This document shows, piece by piece, positions 39,712 through 50,310 of a DNA stretch of 64,000 bases. Positions within the stretch are counted from its first letter, which is position 1. Each line of letters begins with the position of its first letter. The notes beneath the pieces were generated by a model. That model saw nothing but the letters and a program-made list of their open reading frames with translations. It had not been told where the DNA came from and searched no databases. The DNA comes from an uncultured Gemmatimonadales bacterium (GTDB taxonomy: Bacteria > Gemmatimonadota > Gemmatimonadetes > Longimicrobiales > RSA9): the NCBI GenBank assembly GCA_963708135.1, contig OY970192.1, forward strand, positions 4,832,001 to 4,896,000, given 5' to 3'. Made by a program: the position numbers and the translations under genes.

Positions 39712-42375
39712 ATGAGCGGACCTGTCGCCGATCGCCTCTCCACCGCGCTCGCCGACCGCTACCGCATCGAGCGGGAGCTCGGCGCAGGCGGCATGGCCAC
39801 GGTCTACCTGGCCGAGGACCTTCGCCACCAGCGCCCGGTCGCCATCAAGGTGCTCAAGCCGGAGCTCGCCGCCGTGCTCGGCGGCGAGCGCTTCGTCCAG
39901 GAGATCACCACCACCGCCCAGCTCCAGCACCCGCACATCCTGCCGCTCTTCGATTCCGGTACCGCGGACGGCTTCCTCTTCTACGTCATGCCGTACATCG
40001 AAGGCGAGACGCTGCGGGACCGGCTGAACCGGGAGACGCAGCTGGGCGTGGACGAGGCGGTGCGCATCACGCGGGAGGTGGCTGACGCGCTGGACTACGC
40101 GCACCGGCACGGCGTGATCCACCGCGACATCAAGCCCGAGAACATCCTGCTGCACGACGGCCGGCCGATGGTGGCCGATTTCGGTATCGCGCTGGCCGTT
40201 TCAGCCGCCGCCGGTGGCCGCATGACGGAGACGGGGCTCAGCCTCGGCACGCCGCACTACATGAGCCCGGAGCAGGCGACGGCGGAAAAGGACCTCACCG
40301 GGCGCAGTGACGTCTACTCGCTGGCGAGCGTCCTGTACGAGATGCTGACGGGTGACCCGCCGCACGTGGGCAGCTCGGCGCAGCAGATCATCATGAAGAT
40401 CGTGACGGAGGAGGCGACGCCGGTCACGAAGGTGCGCAAGTCGGTGCCGCCGAACGTGGCGGCGGCCGTTGCGAAGGCGCTGGAGAAGCTGCCCGCCGAC
40501 CGCTTCGAGAGCGCGAGGGCGTTCGCCGACGCGCTCGCGGATCCGGGGTTCCGGTTGGCCGGTTACGGGGCGGCGGGCGCGGGCGTGTCGGGGACCTCGT
40601 CGAACTGGCGGCGGGCGGCCTTCTGGCTGGTCGCGGTCGTGGCGGTCGTTGCCACTTCCGCGGCCGTGATCCTGGCGGTGCGGCGGCCGACCTCGACCCA
40701 GGGCCCCGTCGTCGTCTCGTCCCTGCGGCCACCGCCGGGCGAAGACTTCAGCGAGCGGGCCTCGTTCGGGGCGCTGTCGCCGGATGGCCGCACCTTCGCC
40801 TTCGTGGCCATCGCGGCGAACGGGGGACGAAGCCTCTGGCTGCGTGGGCTGGACAGCCTCGGTGCCCAGAGGGTTCCCGGTACCGACGGGGCGACGGCAC
40901 CGTTCTGGTCACCGGACAGGAAGTCCGTGGGGTATTTCGCGCACGATGCCCTGATGCGGGTGGACGTGCCATCAGGGGCCCCGCGAACGCTCTGTGCCGC
41001 GACGCCCGAGGGATCGGGAAGCTGGGGGACGTCCGGCGTCATCGTCCTGAGCACGCAGCGGGGCCTCGAGCGTGTCGACGCCGCGGGAGGCCCATGCAGG
41101 ATCGCGATCCCCCTGGACTCCAGCGCGGCGACCTATCGTCACCCGTCGCTCCTGCCGGGGGACACCAGGGTCCTGTTCGAGCGACTGGTCGGGATCCAGG
41201 CGACGGTGATGGTGGGTGACCTTTCGTCGGGTGACGCGACGGCGCTCATCCCGGGTGCGTCCTCGCCCACCTGGGTGCCGCCCGGATACGTCGTGTATGG
41301 GCGCTTCAACCAGGAAGGCAGCTCGAGTCTGTACGGCCAGCGGATCCGCGCGGATGGCTCTGCGGTCGAGGGGGACGCTACCCGACTCACGGGACCGGTA
41401 CGCACGTCCGGTCTCGTCTTTGCCTACACGGCGTCCGGGAGCGGCTCGCTCCTGTATCTCCCCGGGCTCGGCGATCGTGACAAGCTGGTCGTGGACAGGC
41501 GTGGGGAGGTCCTCGACACCGTGCGTGTCGAGAACACCTTCACGCACCGGTATGCGCACGGCCATCCCTGGGCCGTCCTGGGTGATGCGCAAACGATCTG
41601 GCTGTATGACCTCACCCGAGGTCTCGCCACCCCCCTCGTTCCGCGGAGTCAAGGGCTGGGCGCAGTCTCCGCATGGCCGATATGGGCGCCCTCCGATTCC
41701 GCGGTGGCCTTTGGATTGTGCCAGCTGTTCGCCGTACGGGTCGCGGACCTGTCCGTGCGGCCCATTGCCCGACAAGCGCCAGGATGCTTCGTCGCGACGG
41801 ATTGGTCGTCCGACGGACGGTATCTCGTCCTCTCCGGCACCCCGGGCCTGTCCGTGCCGAGCGGGCAGGATACCGCGACGACCTCGCAGGACCACGCCCG
41901 TGTGGCAGCCTTCGACCTGACGCAGGGACGTACCATGCGCTTCAACGTACCCGGGAACGCCAGCGAGGGGGTGCTCTCTCCCGACATGCGCTGGCTCGCC
42001 TACACGTCCGACGAGACCGGGAATCCCGAGGTGTACGTCCAACCGTTTCCCGCGGGAGGCCGGCCCGTGCGCGTGTCACGCCACGGGGGCAGGGCGCCCC
42101 GCTGGCGCGCCGATGCCCACGAGCTCTTCTTCGAAGCTCCGGACGGGGGCATCCTGGTCGCGGGCGTCACCCCGGGCGCCGACTTCCAGGTGGCGGCTCC
42201 ACAGCTTCTCTTCCACGCTCCCGGCTGGACACGGTCGCTGTTCTTCGACAGCGGTACCCCTTACGACGTGAGCCCTGACGGCCAACGGTTCATGGTCCGG
42301 CAGACCGCGTCGGCCACCAATGCGGTGCTCGTCCAGAACTGGCCCGCGAAGCTCGAGGCGAAGGGGGGCTCGTGA
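39712..42375 (+). CDS. Ser/Thr kinase K8: kinase-TM-TolB-like propeller
   Basis: Abuts the K7 stop (TAGATG); full motifs. Confidence 0.95.
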   Translation: MSGPVADRLSTALADRYRIERELGAGGMATVYLAEDLRHQRPVAIKVLKPELAAVLGGERFVQEITTTAQLQHPHILPLFDSGTADGFLFYVMPYIEGETLRDRLNRETQLGVDEAVRITREVADALDYAHRHGVIHRDIKPENILLHDGRPMVADFGIALAVSAAAGGRMTETGLSLGTPHYMSPEQATAEKDLTGRSDVYSLASVLYEMLTGDPPHVGSSAQQIIMKIVTEEATPVTKVRKSVPPNVAAAVAKALEKLPADRFESARAFADALADPGFRLAGYGAAGAGVSGTSSNWRRAAFWLVAVVAVVATSAAVILAVRRPTSTQGPVVVSSLRPPPGEDFSERASFGALSPDGRTFAFVAIAANGGRSLWLRGLDSLGAQRVPGTDGATAPFWSPDRKSVGYFAHDALMRVDVPSGAPRTLCAATPEGSGSWGTSGVIVLSTQRGLERVDAAGGPCRIAIPLDSSAATYRHPSLLPGDTRVLFERLVGIQATVMVGDLSSGDATALIPGASSPTWVPPGYVVYGRFNQEGSSSLYGQRIRADGSAVEGDATRLTGPVRTSGLVFAYTASGSGSLLYLPGLGDRDKLVVDRRGEVLDTVRVENTFTHRYAHGHPWAVLGDAQTIWLYDLTRGLATPLVPRSQGLGAVSAWPIWAPSDSAVAFGLCQLFAVRVADLSVRPIARQAPGCFVATDWSSDGRYLVLSGTPGLSVPSGQDTATTSQDHARVAAFDLTQGRTMRFNVPGNASEGVLSPDMRWLAYTSDETGNPEVYVQPFPAGGRPVRVSRHGGRAPRWRADAHELFFEAPDGGILVAGVTPGADFQVAAPQLLFHAPGWTRSLFFDSGTPYDVSPDGQRFMVRQTASATNAVLVQNWPAKLEAKGGS

Positions 42376-45068
42376 GCGACGCGTACGACCGCCTCACCGC
42401 CGCCCTCTCCGACCGCTACCGCATCGAGCGCGAGCTCGGCGCGGGCGGCATGGCGACGGTCTACCTGGCCGGGGACCTGAAGCACGACCGCAGGGTCGCG
42501 ATCAAGGTCCTGAAGCCCGAGCTGGCCGCCGTCCTGGGCGCCGACCGGTTCCTGGCCGAGATCAAGACCACGGCGTCGCTCCAGCACCCCAACATCCTGC
42601 CGCTGTTCGACTCGGGCACCGCCGACGGCTTCCTGTACTACGTGATGCCGTACGTGGAGGGGGAGTCGCTCCGGGATCGGCTGAACCGGGAGAAGCAGCT
42701 CCCCGTGCGGGAGGCGGTGGACCTCACCTCCGAAGTGGCCGACGCGCTCGAGTACGCGCACGAGCACGGGGTCGTGCACCGCGACATCAAGCCCGAGAAC
42801 ATCCTGCTGCACGCCGGGCGCCCCATGGTGGCGGACTTCGGGATCGCGCTGGCCGTGAGCGCGGCGGCGGGCGGGCGCATGACGGAGACGGGGCTGAGCC
42901 TGGGGACGCCGCACTACATGAGCCCCGAGCAGGCGACGGCGGAGCCCGACATCACGGGCCGGAGCGATGTCTATTCGCTGGCGAGCGTGCTGTACGAGAT
43001 GCTGACCGGGGACCCGCCGCACGTGGGCTCCTCGGCCCAGCAGATCATCATGAAGATCGTGACCGAGGAGGCGGCGCCGGTCACGAAGCTCCGCCGGTCG
43101 GTCCCCCCGAACGTCGCGGCCGCGGTGGCGAAGGGGCTGGAGAAGCTGCCGGCGGACCGCTTCGAGAGCGCCAGGGCGTTCGCGGACGCGCTGGCGGATC
43201 CGGGGTTCCGGCACGGGGCGGGGGCGGCCGGCGCCGGGCCGGGGGGCGGGAGGGCAACATGGAGGGAGCGCGCCGCGATCCCGTTGGCGGGCGCGGCGGT
43301 CGTCCTGCTCGGGGCGGCGCTCTGGGGATGGCTGCGGCCGGGTCCGCCGCCGGCTCCCGCCTCGCGCGAGACGGTCGTCCTGGGCCCGACGCTGCCCGGC
43401 ATGATCGCCGGGGGCACGGCGATCGCTCCGGACGGCTCGGCCATCGTGTACACGGACACGGTGGGCGGTCCGAAGCTGTGGATCAAGGAGCGCGGAGAGG
43501 CCGATCCGCGCCCCCTCGCCGAGCTGACGCACCAGGCCGGCGGCTTCGAGCCGACACCGTCGTTCTCGCCGGACGGGCGATGGATCGTCTACACCGACCT
43601 CAAGCTGATGCGGGTGGCACGCGGTGGGGGCGCGCCGGTCACGATGTCGGACTCCGCGGCGGGCTACGGCACGGCGTGGCTGGACGACGGCACCGTCGTC
43701 TTCGGGTATCGCTCCGCCACGCGGCTGTTCCGGACCTCCGCGGACGGTGGGGCGACGACGCTCCTGACCGACTCGCTGGGCGGTGTCCTCAACGGCAGAG
43801 GCATCGTGCCGGTGCCCGGATCCGACGCGGTGATCGTGGGAGTGAGCGCGGGAGCGCGAGGCACGAGCGAGGTCGTCGTCAACGTCGCCACCGGTGCCGT
43901 GCGCACGCTCGTCCAGGGGGCCACGGGAGCCTGGATCGTGCCCGGCGGGGACCTCGTCTACCACCGCACCGACGGAGGGCTCTACGCCGCCGCCTTCGAC
44001 CGGGGCGGGCTCCAGCTGGCCGGCCCGTCGGTGTCGGTCCTGGCCGGCATCGGCGAGGTCGCCCTCGGCCGGGACGGAACGATGCTGTACGTGCGGGGCG
44101 GGACGACGACAGGCGAGCCTTCCGAAGTGGTCTCCGTGTCCCGCGACGGGTCCGACGCGGTCCCGCTCGACAGTGGCTGGAGGGCGCAGGTGGCGCCGCC
44201 GGGCGGCCTCGCGCTCTCGCCCGACGGCTCGAAAATCGCCCTCAGCGTGCGGGACAGCACGACCGGCCGTACCGACCTCGTGGTTGTGCCGATGCGGCCC
44301 GGGCCCACGATGCGTCTCACCTCCGAGGGAGCGGGGGTCAACCTCCGGCCGGCCTGGTCACCCGACGGCCGCAGGGTGCTTTACGTCTCAGCCGAGGGAG
44401 GCGGCACGGGCCGCCTCTGGGAGCGCAGGGCGGACGGCGGGGGGCGGCCCGCGCCCGTGCCCATGGCGGAGAAGCGTGCCGCCTGGGAGGGGCTGTGGTC
44501 GCCCGACGGGCGGTGGATCGTCTACCGCACGACCGACGGAGCGGCCGGCAACGGGGACATCCTGGCCGTGCGCACGAGCGGGGACTCCACGCCGGTGCCG
44601 CTCGCGCACACGGACGCCCAGGAGTACGGCCCGGCCCTGTCGCCCGACGGCCACTGGCTCGCCTACACGTCCTCGTCCTCGGGGCGGATGGAGATCTACG
44701 TGTGTCCGTTCCCCGACGCGGGGGACGGGCTCTATCCGATCTCGAGCGACGGCGGCACGGAGGCCGAGTGGTCGCACGACGGGCGCCAGCTCTTCTACCG
44801 GAACGGCGCCGGGGAGATGATCGCCGTCGACGTGACCACCGGCTCCACCTTCTCCGCGGGGGCCCACCACAGGCTGTTCGACGCGCGCGGGTACCTGGCC
44901 AACTTCCAGAGCCACTTCTACGCGGTCGCGCCCGACGACCGTCGGTTCATCATTGTCCGCGCCGTCGCGTCCGAAGGGGCGAGGGCCGCGTCAGCGCCCA
45001 GGCTCGTGCTCGTGCGCAACTGGTTGCCGGAGCTGCGGGCGAAGCTGAAGGGGCAGGGGGGCCCGTGA
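42372..45068 (+). CDS. Ser/Thr kinase K9: kinase-TM-TolB-like propeller
   Basis: GTGA overlap with K8; full motifs. Confidence 0.95.
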   Translation: MSDAYDRLTAALSDRYRIERELGAGGMATVYLAGDLKHDRRVAIKVLKPELAAVLGADRFLAEIKTTASLQHPNILPLFDSGTADGFLYYVMPYVEGESLRDRLNREKQLPVREAVDLTSEVADALEYAHEHGVVHRDIKPENILLHAGRPMVADFGIALAVSAAAGGRMTETGLSLGTPHYMSPEQATAEPDITGRSDVYSLASVLYEMLTGDPPHVGSSAQQIIMKIVTEEAAPVTKLRRSVPPNVAAAVAKGLEKLPADRFESARAFADALADPGFRHGAGAAGAGPGGGRATWRERAAIPLAGAAVVLLGAALWGWLRPGPPPAPASRETVVLGPTLPGMIAGGTAIAPDGSAIVYTDTVGGPKLWIKERGEADPRPLAELTHQAGGFEPTPSFSPDGRWIVYTDLKLMRVARGGGAPVTMSDSAAGYGTAWLDDGTVVFGYRSATRLFRTSADGGATTLLTDSLGGVLNGRGIVPVPGSDAVIVGVSAGARGTSEVVVNVATGAVRTLVQGATGAWIVPGGDLVYHRTDGGLYAAAFDRGGLQLAGPSVSVLAGIGEVALGRDGTMLYVRGGTTTGEPSEVVSVSRDGSDAVPLDSGWRAQVAPPGGLALSPDGSKIALSVRDSTTGRTDLVVVPMRPGPTMRLTSEGAGVNLRPAWSPDGRRVLYVSAEGGGTGRLWERRADGGGRPAPVPMAEKRAAWEGLWSPDGRWIVYRTTDGAAGNGDILAVRTSGDSTPVPLAHTDAQEYGPALSPDGHWLAYTSSSSGRMEIYVCPFPDAGDGLYPISSDGGTEAEWSHDGRQLFYRNGAGEMIAVDVTTGSTFSAGAHHRLFDARGYLANFQSHFYAVAPDDRRFIIVRAVASEGARAASAPRLVLVRNWLPELRAKLKGQGGP

Positions 45069-47665
45069 GCGGGCCCGCGGAGCGCCTCGCCGCCGCCCTC
45101 GCCGACCGCTACCGGATCGAGCGGGAGCTGGGGCAGGGCGGCATGGCCACGGTCTACCTGGCCGAGGACCTGAAGCACGACCGCAGGGTCGCGATCAAGG
45201 TGCTCAAGCCCGAGCTGGCGGCCGTCCTGGGGGCCGAGCGCTTCCTGCAGGAGATCAAGACCACCGCGGCGCTCCAGCACCCTAACATCCTCCCCCTGTT
45301 CGACTCGGGCACGGCGGACGGGTTCCTGTACTACGTCATGCCCTTCGTCGAGGGCGAATCGCTGCGGGACCGGCTGAACCGCGAGAAGCAGCTCCCCGTG
45401 CGGGAGGCCGTGGACCTGACCTCGGAGGTGGCCGACGCGCTCCAGTACGCGCACGAGCACGGGGTCGTCCACCGGGACATCAAGCCTGAGAACATCCTCC
45501 TCCACGCGGGCCGCCCGATGGTGGCCGACTTCGGGATCGCGCTGGCGGTCTCGGCCGCGGCGGGCGGGCGCATGACGGAGACGGGGCTCTCCCTGGGCAC
45601 GCCGCACTACATGAGCCCGGAGCAGGCCACCGCGGAAAAGGACATCACGGGCCGCTCGGACGTCTACTCGCTGGCGAGCGTGCTGTACGAGATGCTGACC
45701 GGGGACCCGCCGCACACCGGTTCTTCGGCCCAGCAGATCATCATGAAGATCGTGACCGAGGAGGCGGCGCCGGTCACGAAGCTGCGGAAGTCGGTGCCGC
45801 CCAACGTGGCGGCGGCTCTCTCGAAGGGGCTGGAGAAGCTGCCGGCGGACCGGTTCGAGACGGCCACGGCATTCGCGGAGGCACTGCAGAATCCTGCGTT
45901 CCGGGTCACCGGGGGCGCGGTGGCCGGCGCGCCCGGTGCGCGTGGTTTCCGGGGGTGGATGCGCAGCCCCTGGTCGTGGGGGACGGTCACGGTAGCCGTG
46001 GCCGGGGTGGTGCTGTCGGTCCTCCTGATGCGTGGCGCGGCACCCGCCTCGCCGCCGTGGTTCACGGCCCGGACGTTCGACTCCCGTTCGATCTTCAACG
46101 CGCGCTTCATGCCCGACGGGCAGACGATCGTGTTCAGCGGCATGCCTGATGTCGGGATCGTGTCGCGCCTGTACGTCATCCGGCCCGACCACCCGGATCC
46201 CGTCCCGTTTGGCCCGGACTCGGCGCACCTGCTGGACGTTTCGAGCACGGGCCAGCTCGCCATCCTCACGCACGCGAGCTACCTCGGTGGCCATCGCCTG
46301 TTCTCGGGCACGCTGGCGACGGTCTCGCTCGGGGGCGAGGCGCCGCGCGAGGTGACAACGGGTGTGCGAGAGGCCGCCTGGGGCCCGGACGGAAAGACCA
46401 TGGCCGTGATCCGCGACAGCAGCGGAACGGACCTCCTCGAGTACCCGGTGGGGACGGTCCTCGTGCGCTCCCAGGGCTACCTCTCGGATCCCAGCGTCTC
46501 GCCCTCGGGCGACGCGATCGCGTACCTCGAGCACCCCGCGAAGTTCGACGATCGCGGCTCCGCCACCATCGCCGATCGCACGGGCCGCACACTGGCCAAG
46601 TCGGTGGACTTTCAGGGGACCGAGGGTGTCGCGTGGTGGCCGGACGGGAAGGGCATCTTCTACTCGGCCGCCGGGGGAGGAGGTACCGGGGTTGTCAGCT
46701 TCGCGTTGCGCGAGATGGACCGGTCTGGACGGGACGGATGGGCCCTTTCCGGTCCGGGCGACCTGACGGTCCAGGACGTCTCCCGCGAGGGTCGTGTTCT
46801 GCTGACCGACGATCGCCAGATAGAGCGTGTCGTCGGGCGCGGGCCGGGCGCCGCCGAGGAGACGGACATGGGCGTGCGCAATTGGTCGCAGAGGCCGGTG
46901 CTCAGCGGGAACGGCCGCTACCTGGCGTACAGCGATGCGGGCTCGATGGGCGGTACCGACTACTCCTTGCTGTGGCGGAAGTCAGACGGTTCTCCGCTGG
47001 TCCGCTTAGGCGCGGGGACTCCGATGGCCGTGGCCCGCGGCGACGGCCTCGTCCTGGCGGGCCTGCCCACCACTCCGGCAAAGCTCATGCTCTATCCCAC
47101 CGGTCCGGGCTCGGCGCGGCGGATCGACTCCGGCCAGTTCCAGACGTTGGACCTCGGGACGAGCGGGGACGTCCGGGTGGCCGGGCGTGACACCATCGTC
47201 TTCTTCTGCGGAACGGAGCCACAGCGATCCGAGCGTTGCTACGTCGATTCGCTGTCGCACGCCGCCCCGATCCCTGTGACTCCCCCTGGAACGTCTCAGG
47301 CAATCATCTCGCCGGACGGCCGGCGCGTGCTGGCCCGGGTCGGGGACAGCGTGGCCATCTACCCCCTGGACGGGGGCGCGCCCCGACGTGCGCTCGGAGT
47401 CCGTCCAGGCGATGTCCTGATCCGGTGGAGCCCGGAGGGACGCGAGGTGTGGGTGTGGACGAATAGGAGCTCCGCCTCGAGCCTGGACTTCGCTCGCGTC
47501 GATGCCGTCACCGGCGCGCGCGCGACGCTTCTGAGCGTCGTGCCCCGTGAGCTGGGTGGGGTGCGCGGCTTCGACCGGCCGACGCTGGCGGATGATCCCC
47601 ACGTGTACGCCTACAACCAGTTCCTGTACACGTCTCGGCTCTACACCGTGGACGGTTTGCGATGA
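45065..47665 (+). CDS. Ser/Thr kinase K10: kinase-TM-divergent propeller
   Basis: GTGA overlap with K9; full motifs; sensor begins FTARTFDSRSIFNARFMPDG. Confidence 0.95.
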   Translation: MSGPAERLAAALADRYRIERELGQGGMATVYLAEDLKHDRRVAIKVLKPELAAVLGAERFLQEIKTTAALQHPNILPLFDSGTADGFLYYVMPFVEGESLRDRLNREKQLPVREAVDLTSEVADALQYAHEHGVVHRDIKPENILLHAGRPMVADFGIALAVSAAAGGRMTETGLSLGTPHYMSPEQATAEKDITGRSDVYSLASVLYEMLTGDPPHTGSSAQQIIMKIVTEEAAPVTKLRKSVPPNVAAALSKGLEKLPADRFETATAFAEALQNPAFRVTGGAVAGAPGARGFRGWMRSPWSWGTVTVAVAGVVLSVLLMRGAAPASPPWFTARTFDSRSIFNARFMPDGQTIVFSGMPDVGIVSRLYVIRPDHPDPVPFGPDSAHLLDVSSTGQLAILTHASYLGGHRLFSGTLATVSLGGEAPREVTTGVREAAWGPDGKTMAVIRDSSGTDLLEYPVGTVLVRSQGYLSDPSVSPSGDAIAYLEHPAKFDDRGSATIADRTGRTLAKSVDFQGTEGVAWWPDGKGIFYSAAGGGGTGVVSFALREMDRSGRDGWALSGPGDLTVQDVSREGRVLLTDDRQIERVVGRGPGAAEETDMGVRNWSQRPVLSGNGRYLAYSDAGSMGGTDYSLLWRKSDGSPLVRLGAGTPMAVARGDGLVLAGLPTTPAKLMLYPTGPGSARRIDSGQFQTLDLGTSGDVRVAGRDTIVFFCGTEPQRSERCYVDSLSHAAPIPVTPPGTSQAIISPDGRRVLARVGDSVAIYPLDGGAPRRALGVRPGDVLIRWSPEGREVWVWTNRSSASSLDFARVDAVTGARATLLSVVPRELGGVRGFDRPTLADDPHVYAYNQFLYTSRLYTVDGLR

Positions 47666-50310
47666 GTGACGCCCCCGACCGCCTCGCCGCTGCCCTTGCC
47701 GACCGCTACCGCATCGAGCGCGAGCTCGGCCAGGGCGGCATGGCCACGGTCTACCTGGCCGAGGACCTGAAGCACCAGCGCCAGGTGGCGATCAAGGTCC
47801 TGAAGCCCGAGCTGGCCGCAGTCCTCGGCGCCGACCGCTTCGTGCAGGAGATCACCACCACCGCGCAGCTCCAGCACCCGCACATCCTGCCGCTCTTCGA
47901 CTCCGGCACCGCCGACGGCTTCCTCTTCTACGTCATGCCGCACGTCGAGGGCGAGACGCTGCGCGACCGACTGAACCGCGAGACGCAGCTCGGTGTGGGT
48001 GAAGCGGTACGGATCACGCGGGAGGTAGCCGACGCGCTGGACTACGCACACCGCCACGGCGTGATCCACCGCGACATCAAGCCCGAGAACATCCTGCTGC
48101 ACGACGGCCGGCCGATGGTGGCCGATTTCGGCATCGCGCTGGCCGTTTCGGCCGCGGCGGGCGGGCGCATGACCGAGACGGGGCTCAGCCTCGGCACGCC
48201 GCACTACATGAGCCCGGAGCAGGCGACGGCGGAGAAGGACCTCACCGGGCGATCCGACGTCTACTCGCTGGGCTCCGTCCTCTACGAGATGCTGACGGGC
48301 GACCCGCCACACACGGGGTCCTCCGCCCAGCAGATCATCATGAAGATCGTGACGGAGGAGGCGGCGCCGGTCACGAAGCTCAGGAGATCGGTGCCGCCCA
48401 ACGTGGCGGCCGCCGTCGCGAAGGCGCTCGAGAAGCTGCCCGCCGACCGCTTCGAGAGCGCGAAGGCGTTCGCCGACGCGCTGGAGGATCCCGCGTTCCG
48501 CCTCGCCGACGCCGCCCCCACGGGCCCCGTGGTCAGCTCCCGGAAGGCCTGGGCCGCCGCCGCGGCATCCCTGATCGTCGCGGCGCTCTCTCTGGCCGTC
48601 GCGGGCTGGGCCCTGATGCGGCGCCCGACCGGAGTTCGGGACATTGGAACGCCGCCGACGAGCGCGGTCAACGTCACCACCGAAGATCGGGCTTTCTCGG
48701 TAGCGCCCGACGGGTCGTTCGTGGTCTATACCGCGCAGAAGGGGGCTACCACCGAGCTGTGGTACATGAGCCTGAGGACGGGAGAGGGTCACCCCATTCC
48801 GGGCACGGTCGGGACATTCACCGCGCCGTGGATCTCCCCCGACGGCAAGCGCGTGGCGGTGGGCGTCCCCGCCGGCAGCGGTTATCAGCTGAAGGTGGTG
48901 GGGATCGACGGGGGGACCGTGTCGCCCGTCGCTTCCATCACGCTTCCATTCGGCGGGACCTGGACGGATGACGGGAGGATCTTCTTCAGCGACGACAACG
49001 GACGTCTGCTCCGCTGGGTGGACCCGCTGGGCGGCGACGCGCGTGAGATCACGGTTGGAGGATACTGCCTGAACCCCGTGCTCATCGGAACAGGCGGCCA
49101 AGTGCTCTGCGGAGGCGGCGCCGACAAGTTCGCCTCCAGCCGCGACCTGGCGGATCCGGGCCACATTCGGTACTGGCATCACGCGGCCGACGGGCCCGGC
49201 GGGAAGGCCGCGCTGCTGCGCGGCGCCGACTTCCGCGTGGTCGATGGCCGATACCTGGTCTACATGGGCGTCGACGGAACCATCATGGCCACGCGCATCG
49301 AGAGCGTCAACTCGCTCACGGTCGGCCGATCCGTCTCCCTGGTGCCCGGTGTACGCAATGGAGACTACAGTGGCACCGGGCAATTCGACCTGACCCGGGA
49401 CGGCACCCTCGTCTACCTGCCGGGAACCAATCCGGCCGTGGGCCGGCTCGTGCGCGTCGGCAGGGATGGGCCCATCGAGCCGCTGCCGGTGGAGCAGGCC
49501 GCCCACCTACGCTTCCGCGAAAGCCCCGATGGCCGGCGGTTGGCAACGGTTGTGGAAGGCCTCGAGCAGCAGGAGCTGCGCGTCTACGACCTGCAGGCGG
49601 GCACACACGAGACCGTGGCCGTCGGCTCGTTCATCGACGTTCCGGTCTTCAGCCCGAATGGCGACCGCATCGCTTACTCGATCAGCGAGGAACCGGGTCG
49701 AGAATCCCTCGTCTCCCGGCTGCTCGACTCCTCGACGAAGCCTAAGGTACTCGCCACGACCGCGCCCCCCACCACGTTTCGGCCATCCATGTATCTGGCC
49801 GCTGATTCTCTCCTCGTTGGATTTCCGGGAGGCGAATCCGCAATGATCGTGGGTTCCGAGGGTGGAGTCAACTCGCTCGGGCTTGCCACCGGCCAGTTCG
49901 TGTCGATCTCCCCGGGCGGTCACTGGATCGCGTACCAGGGGAATTCGTCCGGAGACCTGCGGGTCCAGCCGTGGCCGGCGCTCGATCGGCGCTATTTCGT
50001 AGATGCCCGGGGTATCGAGCCTCAGTGGGTCTCGGCGACGGAGCTGGACTATATCGCGCAGACGGACGAAGGGGATTGGGAGTTCCACAAAGCGGTGATC
50101 CAACCTGGCGCGAACCCGCCCGTAGGTCCGCCCGAGCTCGTCGCCGTCGCTCCGCAGTTCAGCCAGACTCCCGGCTGGTCCTGGGCCGTGGGCCATGACG
50201 GAGACCTCATCTACCTGCAGTCGCCGGCGGAGCGCGTCGAGCACTACTTCCGGGTTGTGCCGGGCTGGGTGAAGCGGATGGAGCGCGCCGTGGACGAGGC
50301 GAACCGATGA
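47662..50310 (+). CDS. Ser/Thr kinase K11: kinase-TM-TolB-like propeller
   Basis: ATGA overlap with K10; full motifs. Confidence 0.95.
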   Translation: MSDAPDRLAAALADRYRIERELGQGGMATVYLAEDLKHQRQVAIKVLKPELAAVLGADRFVQEITTTAQLQHPHILPLFDSGTADGFLFYVMPHVEGETLRDRLNRETQLGVGEAVRITREVADALDYAHRHGVIHRDIKPENILLHDGRPMVADFGIALAVSAAAGGRMTETGLSLGTPHYMSPEQATAEKDLTGRSDVYSLGSVLYEMLTGDPPHTGSSAQQIIMKIVTEEAAPVTKLRRSVPPNVAAAVAKALEKLPADRFESAKAFADALEDPAFRLADAAPTGPVVSSRKAWAAAAASLIVAALSLAVAGWALMRRPTGVRDIGTPPTSAVNVTTEDRAFSVAPDGSFVVYTAQKGATTELWYMSLRTGEGHPIPGTVGTFTAPWISPDGKRVAVGVPAGSGYQLKVVGIDGGTVSPVASITLPFGGTWTDDGRIFFSDDNGRLLRWVDPLGGDAREITVGGYCLNPVLIGTGGQVLCGGGADKFASSRDLADPGHIRYWHHAADGPGGKAALLRGADFRVVDGRYLVYMGVDGTIMATRIESVNSLTVGRSVSLVPGVRNGDYSGTGQFDLTRDGTLVYLPGTNPAVGRLVRVGRDGPIEPLPVEQAAHLRFRESPDGRRLATVVEGLEQQELRVYDLQAGTHETVAVGSFIDVPVFSPNGDRIAYSISEEPGRESLVSRLLDSSTKPKVLATTAPPTTFRPSMYLAADSLLVGFPGGESAMIVGSEGGVNSLGLATGQFVSISPGGHWIAYQGNSSGDLRVQPWPALDRRYFVDARGIEPQWVSATELDYIAQTDEGDWEFHKAVIQPGANPPVGPPELVAVAPQFSQTPGWSWAVGHDGDLIYLQSPAERVEHYFRVVPGWVKRMERAVDEANR

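Noticed and set aside
42320..47665. 1781-aa giant ORF
   Set aside because: The first 915 codons are an off-frame shadow of K9; the real gene starts at GTG 45065. The same applies to the 30874 extension of K5.
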